Positions 1 to 9,353 of a stretch of 42,242 bases of DNA are shown piece by piece (within the stretch, counting starts at the first letter, position 1; every line of letters starts with the position of its first letter). The notes under the pieces were generated by a model. The model ran no database searches, was not told the origin of the DNA, and was given only the letters and a program-made list of their open reading frames with translations. Position numbers and translations under genes: made by a program. The DNA is from a virus (Duplodnaviria > Heunggongvirae > Uroviricota > Caudoviricetes). The stretch lies in the IMG/VR virus record IMGVR_UViG_2657245570_000016; one strand, given 5' to 3'.

Positions 1-270
<270 letters not shown>

Positions 271-476
271 TTACCGTTAAATCATTTTAAAAATCAGTAA
301 GTTGTATCGAGTTTGTATGCTTTACTGTCATTAACTTACTGTATGTTGATCCAGTGTATTTAACCTTGATAAACTCAGTCCAGTAACACAAAGCCGCAAC
401 ACATTGCATTTTGTCCCGTAGAAAAGACTTGTATGTGTGTGCTTGTTTTCTGCGCCTACGCAGATAAGGATTGAGA

Positions 477-1874
477 ATGCCGCGCACTGTAACACATAAT
501 CCGGATAGCCCCAATAATGACGATGTTTTAGCCGCATCTGAAAAATGGGACGCCTGTAAACCCCCCTATACCAGCGCACACATGAAAATCTGTGTTGCTG
601 CCGCCAAAATCATCCTCGCTGCTTCCGGCGTGGCTCGCCGTTCCAAATACGAAAAAGAGAACTATCTCCGTATCGATTTCAGCAAAGCCGGTAAGGTTAC
701 ATTTTACGCCGAGTTTCCAAAAAAGATGGGCCTCAAAGGTAAAAAGCTCGGCGAGTGGCCGGAGCTCGCTATCCAGCTGGCGCGCGAAAAAGCGCTAGGT
801 ATGGCTGACGGTGGCCTGCGGGCAGAGTCCGTACATGCAGCGCTGGAAATGTACCGGGATGACCTCAAAGCCAAAGTCGCCCGGCAGAAGCTGAGCCCGG
901 ACAGTTTCACAACCTACGGGGTGCGTATCGACCGGATTAAAGCAACGTTCGGCGAGCGCGAGGTGTTCAGCGACGTAACATACAATCGGCTGGTGGAAGT
1001 GCTGGACGAGTGGATCGCTACTCGCTCGAACAATAACGCCCTGGAGTTGTTTGCCGAGCTCCGTCGGTTCTGGAAGTTCTGCGCACCTACTCTTTGCAAC
1101 GGCCGCAATGTTGCCGCCAGTCTGCCAGATGATTATGTTTCCTCCCGCGTACAGAAACCTACCCCCACACGGCTTTTTACCGATATTGAATCAATCGCCC
1201 GACTCTGGCTCAATGTTGCTGCCTGCACCTCTGTACACCAGAAGAATGCTGTTCGCTTCATGATCATCACTGGTGTTCGTCCGATTAATGTCCATAACCT
1301 GCGCTGGGACTACGTTCACGAGGAGGCTGGTGAAATTGTTTATCCGGAAGGGGTTATCGGCATGCGAGGGGCTATGAAAACACAAAAGGCTTTCCGCCTG
1401 CCGATAACCCCTGAGATCCGGCGGATTATCGACGAGCAGAAAGCCTGGCGTGATTCAGTTCCTGAGTGCAACAGGGATTATGTATTTTTGCAGCCACGTG
1501 ATCCAATGCAGCCATTTTCAAAACGATCACTGGATAAGCTGGTGAAAACATACAGCCCGGACGGGGCTGTAAAAGGAATAAAACATGATGGGACTGTTAA
1601 AGGGAAAGACGGTGCATTTAATACGATGTGCCGTAAATTCCTTAAGAGCAATGTTATTGCCTTGATGAAGGAAAGAGGCTATTCCCGCTCAGACCGAAGG
1701 GAAATCAGCCTCCTTTGCCTTCACCACTCCAGCAAGTCAGATGACCCGATGGCAGAACATTACGACTTTTCTGATGAGATTTTACAGGAAGAGATTGCGT
1801 TGAAGCGCGAAGCTTTCGAGGCTCACGAGCGGAGCATACTTGCGCAGGTGGCATTGCTACGGCGGCGAGGTTAA
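477..1874 (+). CDS. int: Tyrosine-type site-specific integrase
   Basis: The ORF track starts at a TTG (471); the first ATG is at 477 with AGGA 7 nt upstream. C-terminal region has the spaced R...H..R...Y residues expected of a tyrosine recombinase (e.g. LLCLHHSS, AEHYDF). It sits at the prophage end next to an excisionase-like gene. Confidence 0.8.
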   Translation: MPRTVTHNPDSPNNDDVLAASEKWDACKPPYTSAHMKICVAAAKIILAASGVARRSKYEKENYLRIDFSKAGKVTFYAEFPKKMGLKGKKLGEWPELAIQLAREKALGMADGGLRAESVHAALEMYRDDLKAKVARQKLSPDSFTTYGVRIDRIKATFGEREVFSDVTYNRLVEVLDEWIATRSNNNALELFAELRRFWKFCAPTLCNGRNVAASLPDDYVSSRVQKPTPTRLFTDIESIARLWLNVAACTSVHQKNAVRFMIITGVRPINVHNLRWDYVHEEAGEIVYPEGVIGMRGAMKTQKAFRLPITPEIRRIIDEQKAWRDSVPECNRDYVFLQPRDPMQPFSKRSLDKLVKTYSPDGAVKGIKHDGTVKGKDGAFNTMCRKFLKSNVIALMKERGYSRSDRREISLLCLHHSSKSDDPMAEHYDFSDEILQEEIALKREAFEAHERSILAQVALLRRRG

Positions 1875-2071
1875 TACTGGCTGCGACATTTTTGAATAAA
1901 AGCGTCGATATTTCGGCGCTCATAACGAACTACTTTTGCACTGAAACGAATTGGTGCCAGGATAGCCCGATGACGATGCTTAATATTCCACTCACATAGC
2001 GTTTTCTGTGTAATACCTAACTTTTGGCATACTTCATCCGGGGTGAGTAAATCGTCGGGTTTCTCGCTCAT
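1871..2071 (-). CDS. AlpA-family helix-turn-helix regulator / excisionase
   Basis: 66-aa protein with an HTH-like segment (LLTPDEVCQKLGITQKTLCEW); position directly beside int; 4-nt overlap with the upstream helicase gene. Confidence 0.65.
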   Translation of the reverse strand: MSEKPDDLLTPDEVCQKLGITQKTLCEWNIKHRHRAILAPIRFSAKVVRYERRNIDAFIQKCRSQY

Positions 2072-3462
2072 GCTATACCTCTCTTTTTCATGGCATCGAG
2101 CAGGATGTCCTGCACTGTTCGTTTTGAGTTGCGCCGCTCCATCACCATTTCATCCATAGTGTCGGCAGCAATAATGTGGTGAATAAATACCGGACGATTG
2201 TGTCCGGCCTGTATCTGCCTGGTGGGGCCGATACGTTCAATAATTTGCTGATATTGCTCCAGGTCCCACCAGTGTGAGAAAAATACCAGTATATTTCCGC
2301 CGTCCTGCATGTTCAGGCCGTGGCCCGCGCTGGCTGGGTGTGCAAAGAGAACAGGAATCTTTCCGGAATTCCAGTCGCGCAGTGTCTGTGGATCCTGGTC
2401 GAGGTGACGACCGCGAGGGAATGCTTTAAGCAAGCGTTCAAGATCGTGTTTCCAGTGATAAGCAACCAGCACAGGTGCGCCAGCTGCTTCGGTCAGTATG
2501 CTGTCCAGCGCCTGTAGTTTGGTGTCATGCAGTTCTGACCAACTTCCGGTGTCATCTGTGTATACTGCGCCGCTGGCGATTTGCAGACACTTCAGTGTCT
2601 TTGCCGCGGCGTTCGGTGCTTCGATGCCTTCGCCATTCAGCTCGAGGAACATTTCCTTTTCCATTTCACGATACTGCTGACGGGCCTTCGGTGGCATATC
2701 CACGCGGATTACGTTATGGATGGGGTCTTTGATATCGAACCAGTCGGCCGCATCCAGCGAGAGGGTTACATCGGCTAACGCTCGCTGTATTTCACCCTGT
2801 GAGTGAGCAAAAGGCTCCAGTTTGGTCCAGCTCTGCCCCGGAAACTGTATCGAGTTGAACCAGCGTGAGGTAAACGCGCCGTAAGTGCGCCCGAGACGTT
2901 GCCCCTGGTCCACAAACCACGATTGTCCCCACAAATCTACCAGGCCGTTCGGTGCTGGCGTACCGGTGAGATTTATCCAGCGCCGGACATACTTATGCGC
3001 CACTTTGCCCAGCGCCGCCGCGCGCTTACCACCACCGCGCAGCCGGAAGGATTTTAGCCGGGTGCTTTCATCTGGAATGACAGTACCGAACGGCCATCGT
3101 TCTCCCAATTCTTCAATCAGCCAGACAAGGTTATCGTAGTTGATGGTGAACACGCTTGCGTTGCTGTTCGTCAGCGCCATAGAGCGCGCTTTGGCATTAC
3201 CAATAATTGGCTGCACCTCGATATTGCGCAAATGTCCCCACTTCAGTGCTTCATCCGGCCATGTGCTGGCAGCCACGCGCAGCGGCGCGAGGACCAGTGC
3301 GGGGCATGTTTCTGCCCCTGCCATAAAGAGATCTTCCAGCGCAGTGAGCGTTGCCACGGTTTTACCCATTCCCATCCCCGCCCAGATGTTGCCGCGCAGG
3401 GTTTCGGTTTCGTGGTTGATAATGAGAACTTGGTAGGGGCGAGGTATATATTTTGGGGGCAT
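2068..3462 (-). CDS. SNF2-family ATP-dependent helicase
   Basis: Motifs in the translation: Q-motif (PYQ), Walker A GMGMGKT, DExx-like VIPDESTRLK, motif III LTGTPAPN. Confidence 0.85.
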   Translation of the reverse strand: MPPKYIPRPYQVLIINHETETLRGNIWAGMGMGKTVATLTALEDLFMAGAETCPALVLAPLRVAASTWPDEALKWGHLRNIEVQPIIGNAKARSMALTNSNASVFTINYDNLVWLIEELGERWPFGTVIPDESTRLKSFRLRGGGKRAAALGKVAHKYVRRWINLTGTPAPNGLVDLWGQSWFVDQGQRLGRTYGAFTSRWFNSIQFPGQSWTKLEPFAHSQGEIQRALADVTLSLDAADWFDIKDPIHNVIRVDMPPKARQQYREMEKEMFLELNGEGIEAPNAAAKTLKCLQIASGAVYTDDTGSWSELHDTKLQALDSILTEAAGAPVLVAYHWKHDLERLLKAFPRGRHLDQDPQTLRDWNSGKIPVLFAHPASAGHGLNMQDGGNILVFFSHWWDLEQYQQIIERIGPTRQIQAGHNRPVFIHHIIAADTMDEMVMERRNSKRTVQDILLDAMKKRGIA

Positions 3463-3524
3463 ATAATATGGCTCCTAAACAACAAAAGGCCAATTTAGAC
3501 CTTTTGTTGTTTTAAAAATGTTAT

Positions 3525-4442
3525 TTATAATAGTGCTGTTACTATTGCATCTTTAAAAATATTTTCTTCTTCATTTATTAAAGGTGATGACAGATGAATA
3601 ATTACTTCTTTTCCTGTCAATACTATTTGCTCGACTTGAAATCCTGCGTTGTGTAGTCTTTGGCGTAACTTTTCTAGTGCTGATTTTGATATACTAAATC
3701 CTTCACTCCTTATAGTATAACTGGCAACTCCATTTTTAATAATATCTACAGAGTTGTCAATTTCCTGCTGCGAGTAATTTTTCGGTGAGTCGAAAAATCT
3801 GGATTTTGTCGTTGCTGTTGCCCTAAGAGATATCAATAATGATTTGATATCTTTAATCTCAGATGCCAGATACTCAGTTTCTGATACTTCTTTCTGGTCT
3901 AGTTGTGCAACTTTGAAAGTGCCAAAATGTTTGAGGAATGTTGTGTATTCAGGATCAGTTACTGACTTTAAATATGTTTCTTTTATCTTGCTCGCAAGTC
4001 TTTCTTTGAATAAATTGATTGATTGGTATCTTAAATCCGAAGGGTACTCTAAATGTTCAATTGATGAAATGTCAAAGCTATAAGGAGTGCGCTCGTCCTT
4101 AATAATTACGGTCGGTTTGTCAAATGCGAGACGCATTCCTAATTCAAACATTACATTAGCGTTTCGAGCACTTATATCGCAAACAACTATGGGGTTTTCA
4201 TAAAGATTTTGAACAATTCGTTTTTGTATTACTGCAACATCATCATCTGAACTTACCAAATTTGCCTTGAATCCGGCATCATTTGATGCTTCACAAATAA
4301 TGTCATGAACATTTCTCCAATGTCCAGTGGGATAACCTTCTATGTCCGCAATTGGCATAATAATGCCGCATATATGAGGTGGCATATTTTTGTTGTCTTT
4401 TACATCATCTTGGTTTATTTCTTTCGTTTGTTGCTTAGCCAT
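3525..4442 (-). CDS. Hypothetical protein: N-terminal TIR-like / nucleoside 2-deoxyribosyltransferase-like domain plus C-terminal domain of unknown function (about 170 aa)
   Basis: N-terminal ICGIIMPIA...IVVCDISARNANVMFELGMRLAFDKPTVIIKD...SFDISSIEHLEY resembles the conserved core (R.xNV.FE.G ... pSD..G..Y) of TIR-like/deoxyribosyltransferase-like folds. Visibly AT-rich relative to neighbours; good AGGAG Shine-Dalgarno before the ATG at 4440-4442. Confidence 0.5.
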   Translation of the reverse strand: MAKQQTKEINQDDVKDNKNMPPHICGIIMPIADIEGYPTGHWRNVHDIICEASNDAGFKANLVSSDDDVAVIQKRIVQNLYENPIVVCDISARNANVMFELGMRLAFDKPTVIIKDERTPYSFDISSIEHLEYPSDLRYQSINLFKERLASKIKETYLKSVTDPEYTTFLKHFGTFKVAQLDQKEVSETEYLASEIKDIKSLLISLRATATTKSRFFDSPKNYSQQEIDNSVDIIKNGVASYTIRSEGFSISKSALEKLRQRLHNAGFQVEQIVLTGKEVIIHLSSPLINEEENIFKDAIVTALL

Positions 4443-4457
4443 AGCTTACACAGACTC

Positions 4458-4742
4458 CTATTGTAATTTTTTGCCTAATATACATGAAAGCTCCTTACTA
4501 TCCAGTACTACCACGGTAAAGCCCAGTTTTCGCAGACGTTCATGCTCGCGCAACTGATCAGGTCGTGGTGGTTTGCCTGGTGCTTTGCATTCGACAAAGA
4601 CGATGCGACCGCCGGGTAGCAGAACAATGCGATCTGGTACCGAGCGGAGACCGGGAGATACGAACTTAAAGGCAACCCCGCCAGCCTTTTTTACTTCAGC
4701 GACGAGGTGCTTTTCGATTAGGTTTTCACGTTCATAGGCCAT
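4458..4742 (-). CDS. VRR-NUC domain nuclease (PD-(D/E)XK fold)
   Basis: VPDRIVLLPGGRIVFVECKAPGKPPRPDQL contains the PD...E-C-K catalytic arrangement of VRR-NUC proteins; commonly found beside SNF2 helicases in phages. Confidence 0.8.
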   Translation of the reverse strand: MAYERENLIEKHLVAEVKKAGGVAFKFVSPGLRSVPDRIVLLPGGRIVFVECKAPGKPPRPDQLREHERLRKLGFTVVVLDSKELSCILGKKLQ

Positions 4743-4936
4743 TAGCTTTCGCCTTCCTGCTTTTTGCGTTTCTTCATGCAGATAGCGCAGTTCTCAGGAT
4801 GGTCATGCCATTCGTCAATCCTGATACCTGTGAACATCCATTTTCCGCATAGTGATATGGCTTCCCCCGAATTAAAGAAATGTGCTTTTTTCGACAGGGC
4901 GGGGAACCCCCAACCTTTATTATCGATATTAGACAT
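4742..4936 (-). CDS. Small putative zinc-binding phage protein
   Basis: 64 aa with C-x12-H-x-H-x5-C-x2-C spacing (LCGKW...WHDHPENCAIC) and a basic tail; its stop overlaps the VRR-NUC start (TAATG on the minus strand). Confidence 0.45.
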   Translation of the reverse strand: MSNIDNKGWGFPALSKKAHFFNSGEAISLCGKWMFTGIRIDEWHDHPENCAICMKKRKKQEGES

Positions 4937-5120
4937 CGTCCACCTCCTTACGCTTTTCGCGCATGTTCTGCATCAGACAAAAATCAAACCGACGTTCGCT
5001 TTGGCCCAGACCTGCATCGCCCGGTCGTACCCGCTGGACTGTTCAAGGCGCAAAGCCTCCCGTGCAGTCCGGTAATAAAGCGGACTGTCCCGGTATTTAA
5101 ATGACATAGGGTTTTTATTC

Positions 5121-5147
5121 CCAAATAAAAAACCCCGCAATGCAGGG
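5121..5147 (-). terminator. Rho-independent terminator-like hairpin read on the minus strand
   Basis: Minus-strand RNA would form CCCUGC-AUU-GCGGGG (6-bp stem with one G-U pair) followed by UUUUUUAUUU. It lies about 25 nt downstream of the stop of the 5172..5933 gene. Confidence 0.5.
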
Positions 5148-5171
5148 TTGTAATCAACAATAAGGGGGTAA

Positions 5172-5933
5172 TTACGAGGAAGCGTTAGCTATTTGAGCTT
5201 GTGTAAATTCGAAACCAGAATTTTGTAACCGTTGCACTAGACGAGGAACTGTTTCACGTACATGGTCGTTGAAATTCAGATACAAAATCCCGTTAGCATC
5301 AGAAGGCTGTTCTAGGTGCTGTTTCTGAAGGATTGCTACATTGCTGCGCCCTAAGGACGAAAGAAGCATACCCATCTCGAGTACAACGTTCTGTCTTGCG
5401 CGGGGTTGGATTTCTGCTTCACCGGCGCGCTTTGAGTATCCCATATCATCAGGTGTCAAAAGAACAATCCCGAAACGAGTAGCAGTTTGTCCTTGCCCAA
5501 TTTCACGTTCAAGCTCTTCAATAATGGTGAGTCCAGTCCCTCCCGTATTCTGCAAAATGAAATGGTCTGGTAATCCAAGTTTATGAAGGATTAGCTCAAG
5601 TTGTTCCTTTGCAGTATGGTCATGGCCGTGAACAATGAATATCTTTTTGGGAAGCTCAGATGGCTGTTCTACGGCTAGTGGTGTTGCCGTGGGGGGCGTT
5701 CCTAAATGGGACATTATTGCAGTTTCAACATTGGGACGTTCTTGAGGGTTCCCTTGAAACTGAATGGTCCGGGTGGTGTAAAGGTTAACAATTACGCCAT
5801 TCGTTAAACGATAGCAGTCATAAGTCTCACGCTGTTCGTGGGAAAAATTGGTGAACCCACACTCCCTCAAAAAGTCAGGAAAAGATTCTCTCGGGTATGG
5901 ATAGTTGATCGGCATTTCAGTTAGTTCCTGCAT
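5172..5933 (-). CDS. Hypothetical protein: N-terminal domain of unknown function (about 90 aa) plus C-terminal TIR-like domain (Cap12/PycTIR-type predicted nucleotide-binding fold)
   Basis: C-terminal KKIFIVHGHDH...FGIVLLTPDD...RARQNVVLEMGMLLSSLGRSNVAILQK...PSDANGILYL matches my recollection of the TIR-like consensus (FIvHG ... TPDD ... RaRqNVvfElG ... pSD..G..y). GC content looks lower than the flanking pol gene. AAAGGA Shine-Dalgarno before the ATG. Confidence 0.55.
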   Translation of the reverse strand: MQELTEMPINYPYPRESFPDFLRECGFTNFSHEQRETYDCYRLTNGVIVNLYTTRTIQFQGNPQERPNVETAIMSHLGTPPTATPLAVEQPSELPKKIFIVHGHDHTAKEQLELILHKLGLPDHFILQNTGGTGLTIIEELEREIGQGQTATRFGIVLLTPDDMGYSKRAGEAEIQPRARQNVVLEMGMLLSSLGRSNVAILQKQHLEQPSDANGILYLNFNDHVRETVPRLVQRLQNSGFEFTQAQIANASS

Positions 5934-5997
5934 AAGTATTGTTCCTTTAATTTACTCGAATTCAGCATGTCGCCATAGCTCGATAAGGTGAGTTATA

Positions 5998-8061
5998 TCA
6001 ATCTTTTTTGTAGTGGTACGCCTCAAAGCCGCCAGCGTTCAGCGGAATATCGGGTGCCCATTCGGGGTTAGTGGAGAGAAGCGCGGAAAGCGCTTTATCG
6101 TTGAAATCTTCTGTGTCTGGTGCTTCGGTGATCACCTCGTCGTGTACCGTTAGCACAATGCTGTAACCGGCACCCTCGATCAGCGGCATGTTTCTGGCTA
6201 GAACGTCGCGGGCGGCCGCCTGGGTGACGTTCTCCACCAGCTTTCCGCCGTAGGTTTTGAGTCGTTGCCATTTACGCGAATAAGAGTTAACACCCATGTA
6301 GGTGATATTCCCTTGTTCGATAACCGGAGACGGGTAGCATACAGCGCGTCCGGATGGTAGCTGTATGCGCAGCCACGCGCCATCACGTCGGATTTTAAGA
6401 TAGCCGCAATACAATGTTTTTTGCGGTGTGGCGATTGCTGTGCGGACAGTGCGCTCCAGCTCGTACCAGAAATCGCAGGTCGCCGGGTGCGCCCTGCGCC
6501 ACAGGCGCTTGAGCGAGTCACATGCGATGAATACACGCTCGGACAGGCCAAAGGTCGACTTACGCTTAACCGATTCGTCGTACCAGCTTTTTGCCTCGCG
6601 GATAACATCGCGGGGAATGTTTGGCAGTGCGGCGTTCGCCAGCTCGTCGAGATCGAGACCGTAAACCAGAGCAAAAGTGATGAAAGCCGATACACCACCT
6701 CCATAACCCAGACCGAGTTCCATGACTTTACCGATCTGACGCATGTGTTTATCAACATCATCTGGTGCAATATCGAAAGCTTTTGCATACGCCAGTTTAT
6801 ATAAGTCCGGACCCGTTCCAGCGTCATACTCTCTGAATGCATTCAGTTTCCATTCTTCTCCCGCCAGCCATGCCAGCATACGGCCTTCAATGTTTGACAA
6901 GTCACTTACCACTAGTTTTTTGCCTGTTGGCGCGATAATGCAGCCACGTAACGCTGAACTGGTTAGTTCCATGATATTGTCAAACAGCAGGTCTGCACAT
7001 CCGGCTTTCAGTGCTTCGATGCCTTCGTCTATTTGTTCCTGTTTTAGTGAAGGGCGGGGAAGGTTCTGGGGCTGGAATAGCCGTCCGGCCCAACGACCGG
7101 TACGTGACGCCCCGCAGAACTGTAGCGTACCGCGTAAGCGCCCGTCGTGGCTTACGCCTTTCATCAGTGCCTTGTATTTACTGGTGCTGGTAGTACTGGC
7201 TTGCAGGCGGATAGCCAGCAGTTCTTTCACGGCAGATGATAAATCGGGGTCGGCCATACGACGTTCCAGGGTACTGCGTTGCATGTCTGGTAGCTCCACA
7301 CCGTAGGATTCAACGATGTGCTTAATCAACGCGTCCCGTTGTGTGGCTGCCTGCACTTCGCCATCAGTCATTTCCTGTGTACGCTTTGCCAGGCGCTTTT
7401 GCTCCTGGTCTACCGCTTCGATCGCAGCGCGCGCGAGTTGCATGTCCATGCAGACGCCCCGGTCGTTGATCTGCTGATCACGATGCCAGAGCGCCAGCTC
7501 TGTCCCCTGATAATTCCACTTCGGCAGACGTTTATAGACTTCACGCATTGCTTCGATATCCAGTCCGGCGTAAGCAACAAAGCGCCGCCATTCTTCCGGA
7601 TGGGTTTTACTGGTGGCCCGACGCAGTTTGCTGTTTTTCGGACGTGGCTTACAGAACAGCTGGATCAGCGCTTTACCTTCTTTGTCCTTCGCTTTGTCTT
7701 GCGGGACGCCTAGTACTTCGCAGAGTTCCCCCAGAGACCCCGGGAGACCGTGCGCCAGCGCCTGCACCATCGTGTCGCGCCAACGTTCGACTGGCGGTGC
7801 CAGTCGCGGCATTGCATAACGCAGAACGGTGCGGTCGAAGTGAGAGTTATGGAAATAAAGCAGGGTTTCAGGGTCTGCGATTGCTTCGTATAAGCCGTGT
7901 GGAATACCACCACCGGCAGTGATATCCCACACGTTTACTGGCCCGTCGTTGATAGCCCATGCGAAAAGCATCACTTCAACGCCTTCGGCATACGCATGGG
8001 TACCGTTCGTAATAGGGATTTCGCAATAGGTTTCCAGGTCGCCCCATAGTATATTGGACAT
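5998..8061 (-). CDS. Family A (Pol I-like) DNA polymerase with N-terminal 3'-5' exonuclease domain
   Basis: 687 aa; N-terminal exonuclease motif (GDLETY) then a long polymerase region; a typical partner of DUF2800/DUF2815/VRR-NUC/SNF2 replication modules. Confidence 0.8.
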   Translation of the reverse strand: MSNILWGDLETYCEIPITNGTHAYAEGVEVMLFAWAINDGPVNVWDITAGGGIPHGLYEAIADPETLLYFHNSHFDRTVLRYAMPRLAPPVERWRDTMVQALAHGLPGSLGELCEVLGVPQDKAKDKEGKALIQLFCKPRPKNSKLRRATSKTHPEEWRRFVAYAGLDIEAMREVYKRLPKWNYQGTELALWHRDQQINDRGVCMDMQLARAAIEAVDQEQKRLAKRTQEMTDGEVQAATQRDALIKHIVESYGVELPDMQRSTLERRMADPDLSSAVKELLAIRLQASTTSTSKYKALMKGVSHDGRLRGTLQFCGASRTGRWAGRLFQPQNLPRPSLKQEQIDEGIEALKAGCADLLFDNIMELTSSALRGCIIAPTGKKLVVSDLSNIEGRMLAWLAGEEWKLNAFREYDAGTGPDLYKLAYAKAFDIAPDDVDKHMRQIGKVMELGLGYGGGVSAFITFALVYGLDLDELANAALPNIPRDVIREAKSWYDESVKRKSTFGLSERVFIACDSLKRLWRRAHPATCDFWYELERTVRTAIATPQKTLYCGYLKIRRDGAWLRIQLPSGRAVCYPSPVIEQGNITYMGVNSYSRKWQRLKTYGGKLVENVTQAAARDVLARNMPLIEGAGYSIVLTVHDEVITEAPDTEDFNDKALSALLSTNPEWAPDIPLNAGGFEAYHYKKD

Positions 8062-8107
8062 GTGTTTACCTAGGTTTTTATTCTATTAACTGATTAAAAG
8101 ATTAATT

Positions 8108-8737
8108 ATGCATATGATCCAATACTTGATTGACCATACAGAGCATCTGGAGAAAATAGCTGGATATATTTTTTCATGTTTGATTGTTATGGGAGTCTGG
8201 ATAAGAAAGATCATTTTTAATTATAAGTATAAAGAGCCTAAATATGTCAAGAAGTTAATTTTATATTTAATTAAGTATGAACGTTATCTGGATAAGGAGG
8301 ATAAGAAAGCCATAGAAAAAAGAATAAATGATAAAATTATTCGTGATGCGCTGAAATTGCAATCCTCTTATAACCGAAGAGATGTTATTTACATTTGCAA
8401 TAGATTAGAAAAAAGACAGTATATAAATCAGTTGATTAAGCTTCAGAATTATATAGAGAAAGATAACGGAGTGTTTTTTATTAATGTTGATTTTTCAGGT
8501 TTTTTATTTATTATTAGTCGTCTGTTTTCCTTTCTGTGTTTTGTGCTGTTTACCCTTTTTTCTATTATCTGCATTATTTCCATAGGGCAAAATGAAGGCC
8601 TTTTAAATTATCTTGTGTATATGGTTATGATAATAGTTTTAGAGACTGTTGGTTTTTGGATGTATGATACTTTCCCGTCTAAGAAAAAGATCTGTGAACT
8701 AAATAAAGAATTGAGAAAGATTAAGATTCCTGAGTGA
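8108..8737 (+). CDS. Hypothetical integral membrane protein (AT-rich moron on the opposite strand)
   Basis: Strongly AT-rich coding sequence. Predicted N-terminal transmembrane helix (IAGYIFSCLIVMGVWI), a Lys/Tyr-rich soluble middle, and two C-terminal hydrophobic helices. Convergent with the flanking early genes. Confidence 0.55.
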   Translation: MHMIQYLIDHTEHLEKIAGYIFSCLIVMGVWIRKIIFNYKYKEPKYVKKLILYLIKYERYLDKEDKKAIEKRINDKIIRDALKLQSSYNRRDVIYICNRLEKRQYINQLIKLQNYIEKDNGVFFINVDFSGFLFIISRLFSFLCFVLFTLFSIICIISIGQNEGLLNYLVYMVMIIVLETVGFWMYDTFPSKKKICELNKELRKIKIPE

Positions 8738-8755
8738 TTATACGCCTAATCAGTA

Positions 8756-8774
8756 GCCCGGTGTTTAACCGGGC
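8756..8774. terminator. Hairpin between convergent genes (possible bidirectional terminator; no clear U-tract)
   Basis: GCCCGGT-GTTTA-ACCGGGC, a perfect 7-bp stem between the 8108..8737 (+) and 8790..9338 (-) stops. Confidence 0.3.
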
Positions 8775-8789
8775 GTCTATGAAGTAGGG

Positions 8790-9338
8790 TTAAATTAGTG
8801 CTTCAGCATCAGCACCTTCGCTGATATCGTCGAAATCGTCAGCGCTTGCCACTCCGCCGCCAGCGAATGCATCGCCGTCTCGCAGGAACTGGACTCCGCC
8901 GAGTGAGGCATTAATGCGTTTACCGAAATTATTGTCCTGTGCCCAGATATCGATAACGGCGTTTACATAGCACCCTGCATAAGGACGTCCGTCAGCCTGA
9001 ATAAGTGGCGAACGATCGCGATCAAGAACAGCTGGGCGCGCTTTGTTAGCAGCATTCAGGAAGAAATTGCCGGGGAAGCCTTCATACTCTGCTTTTTCAT
9101 CACCATCATGCAGGCACAGATTGAGTTTTTTCTCCAGCTGGTTATAAATGGGCTCCCACTTCTCTCCCCATTTTTCCTTCGCTACCTGCTTCATAGCTTT
9201 ACGGATTTCTTCCAGTTGTGGGTGTTTGGGAGACATTAAAAATACTGCGGAGAAACGCGGATCGCCTTCGCCGTTTACAGTTTTAGCTTCAAACAGAGAC
9301 GGGAAGGCCAGACGAACATTGTTCAGCTTCAGTTTCAT
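8790..9338 (-). CDS. DUF2815-like phage protein (putative ssDNA-binding / replication accessory)
   Basis: N-terminus MKLKLNNVRLAFPSLFEAK and acidic C-terminal tail as I recall for DUF2815 proteins; adjacent to a DUF2800-like nuclease. Confidence 0.6.
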   Translation of the reverse strand: MKLKLNNVRLAFPSLFEAKTVNGEGDPRFSAVFLMSPKHPQLEEIRKAMKQVAKEKWGEKWEPIYNQLEKKLNLCLHDGDEKAEYEGFPGNFFLNAANKARPAVLDRDRSPLIQADGRPYAGCYVNAVIDIWAQDNNFGKRINASLGGVQFLRDGDAFAGGGVASADDFDDISEGADAEALI

Positions 9339-9353
9339 GGGTATTTCCTTAAA

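Noticed and set aside
446-455. 10-bp match (TTTTCTGCGC) between the left junction and window positions 42231-42240, as a possible att core
   Set aside because: Too short to be significant over 42 kb, and the right-hand copy sits inside an ORF at the window edge.
4764-5104. Plus-strand ORFs (4764..5075, 4880..5104) opposite the small zinc-binding gene and the terminator region
   Set aside because: Antisense to coupled phage genes; no start signals.
6198-7306. Long ORFs on both strands overlapping the DNA polymerase gene (for example 6198..6842 minus, 6421..6804 plus, 6743..7306 plus)
   Set aside because: They lie entirely inside a well-supported 687-aa polymerase ORF, have no Shine-Dalgarno and have compositions typical of out-of-frame readings of GC-rich coding DNA.
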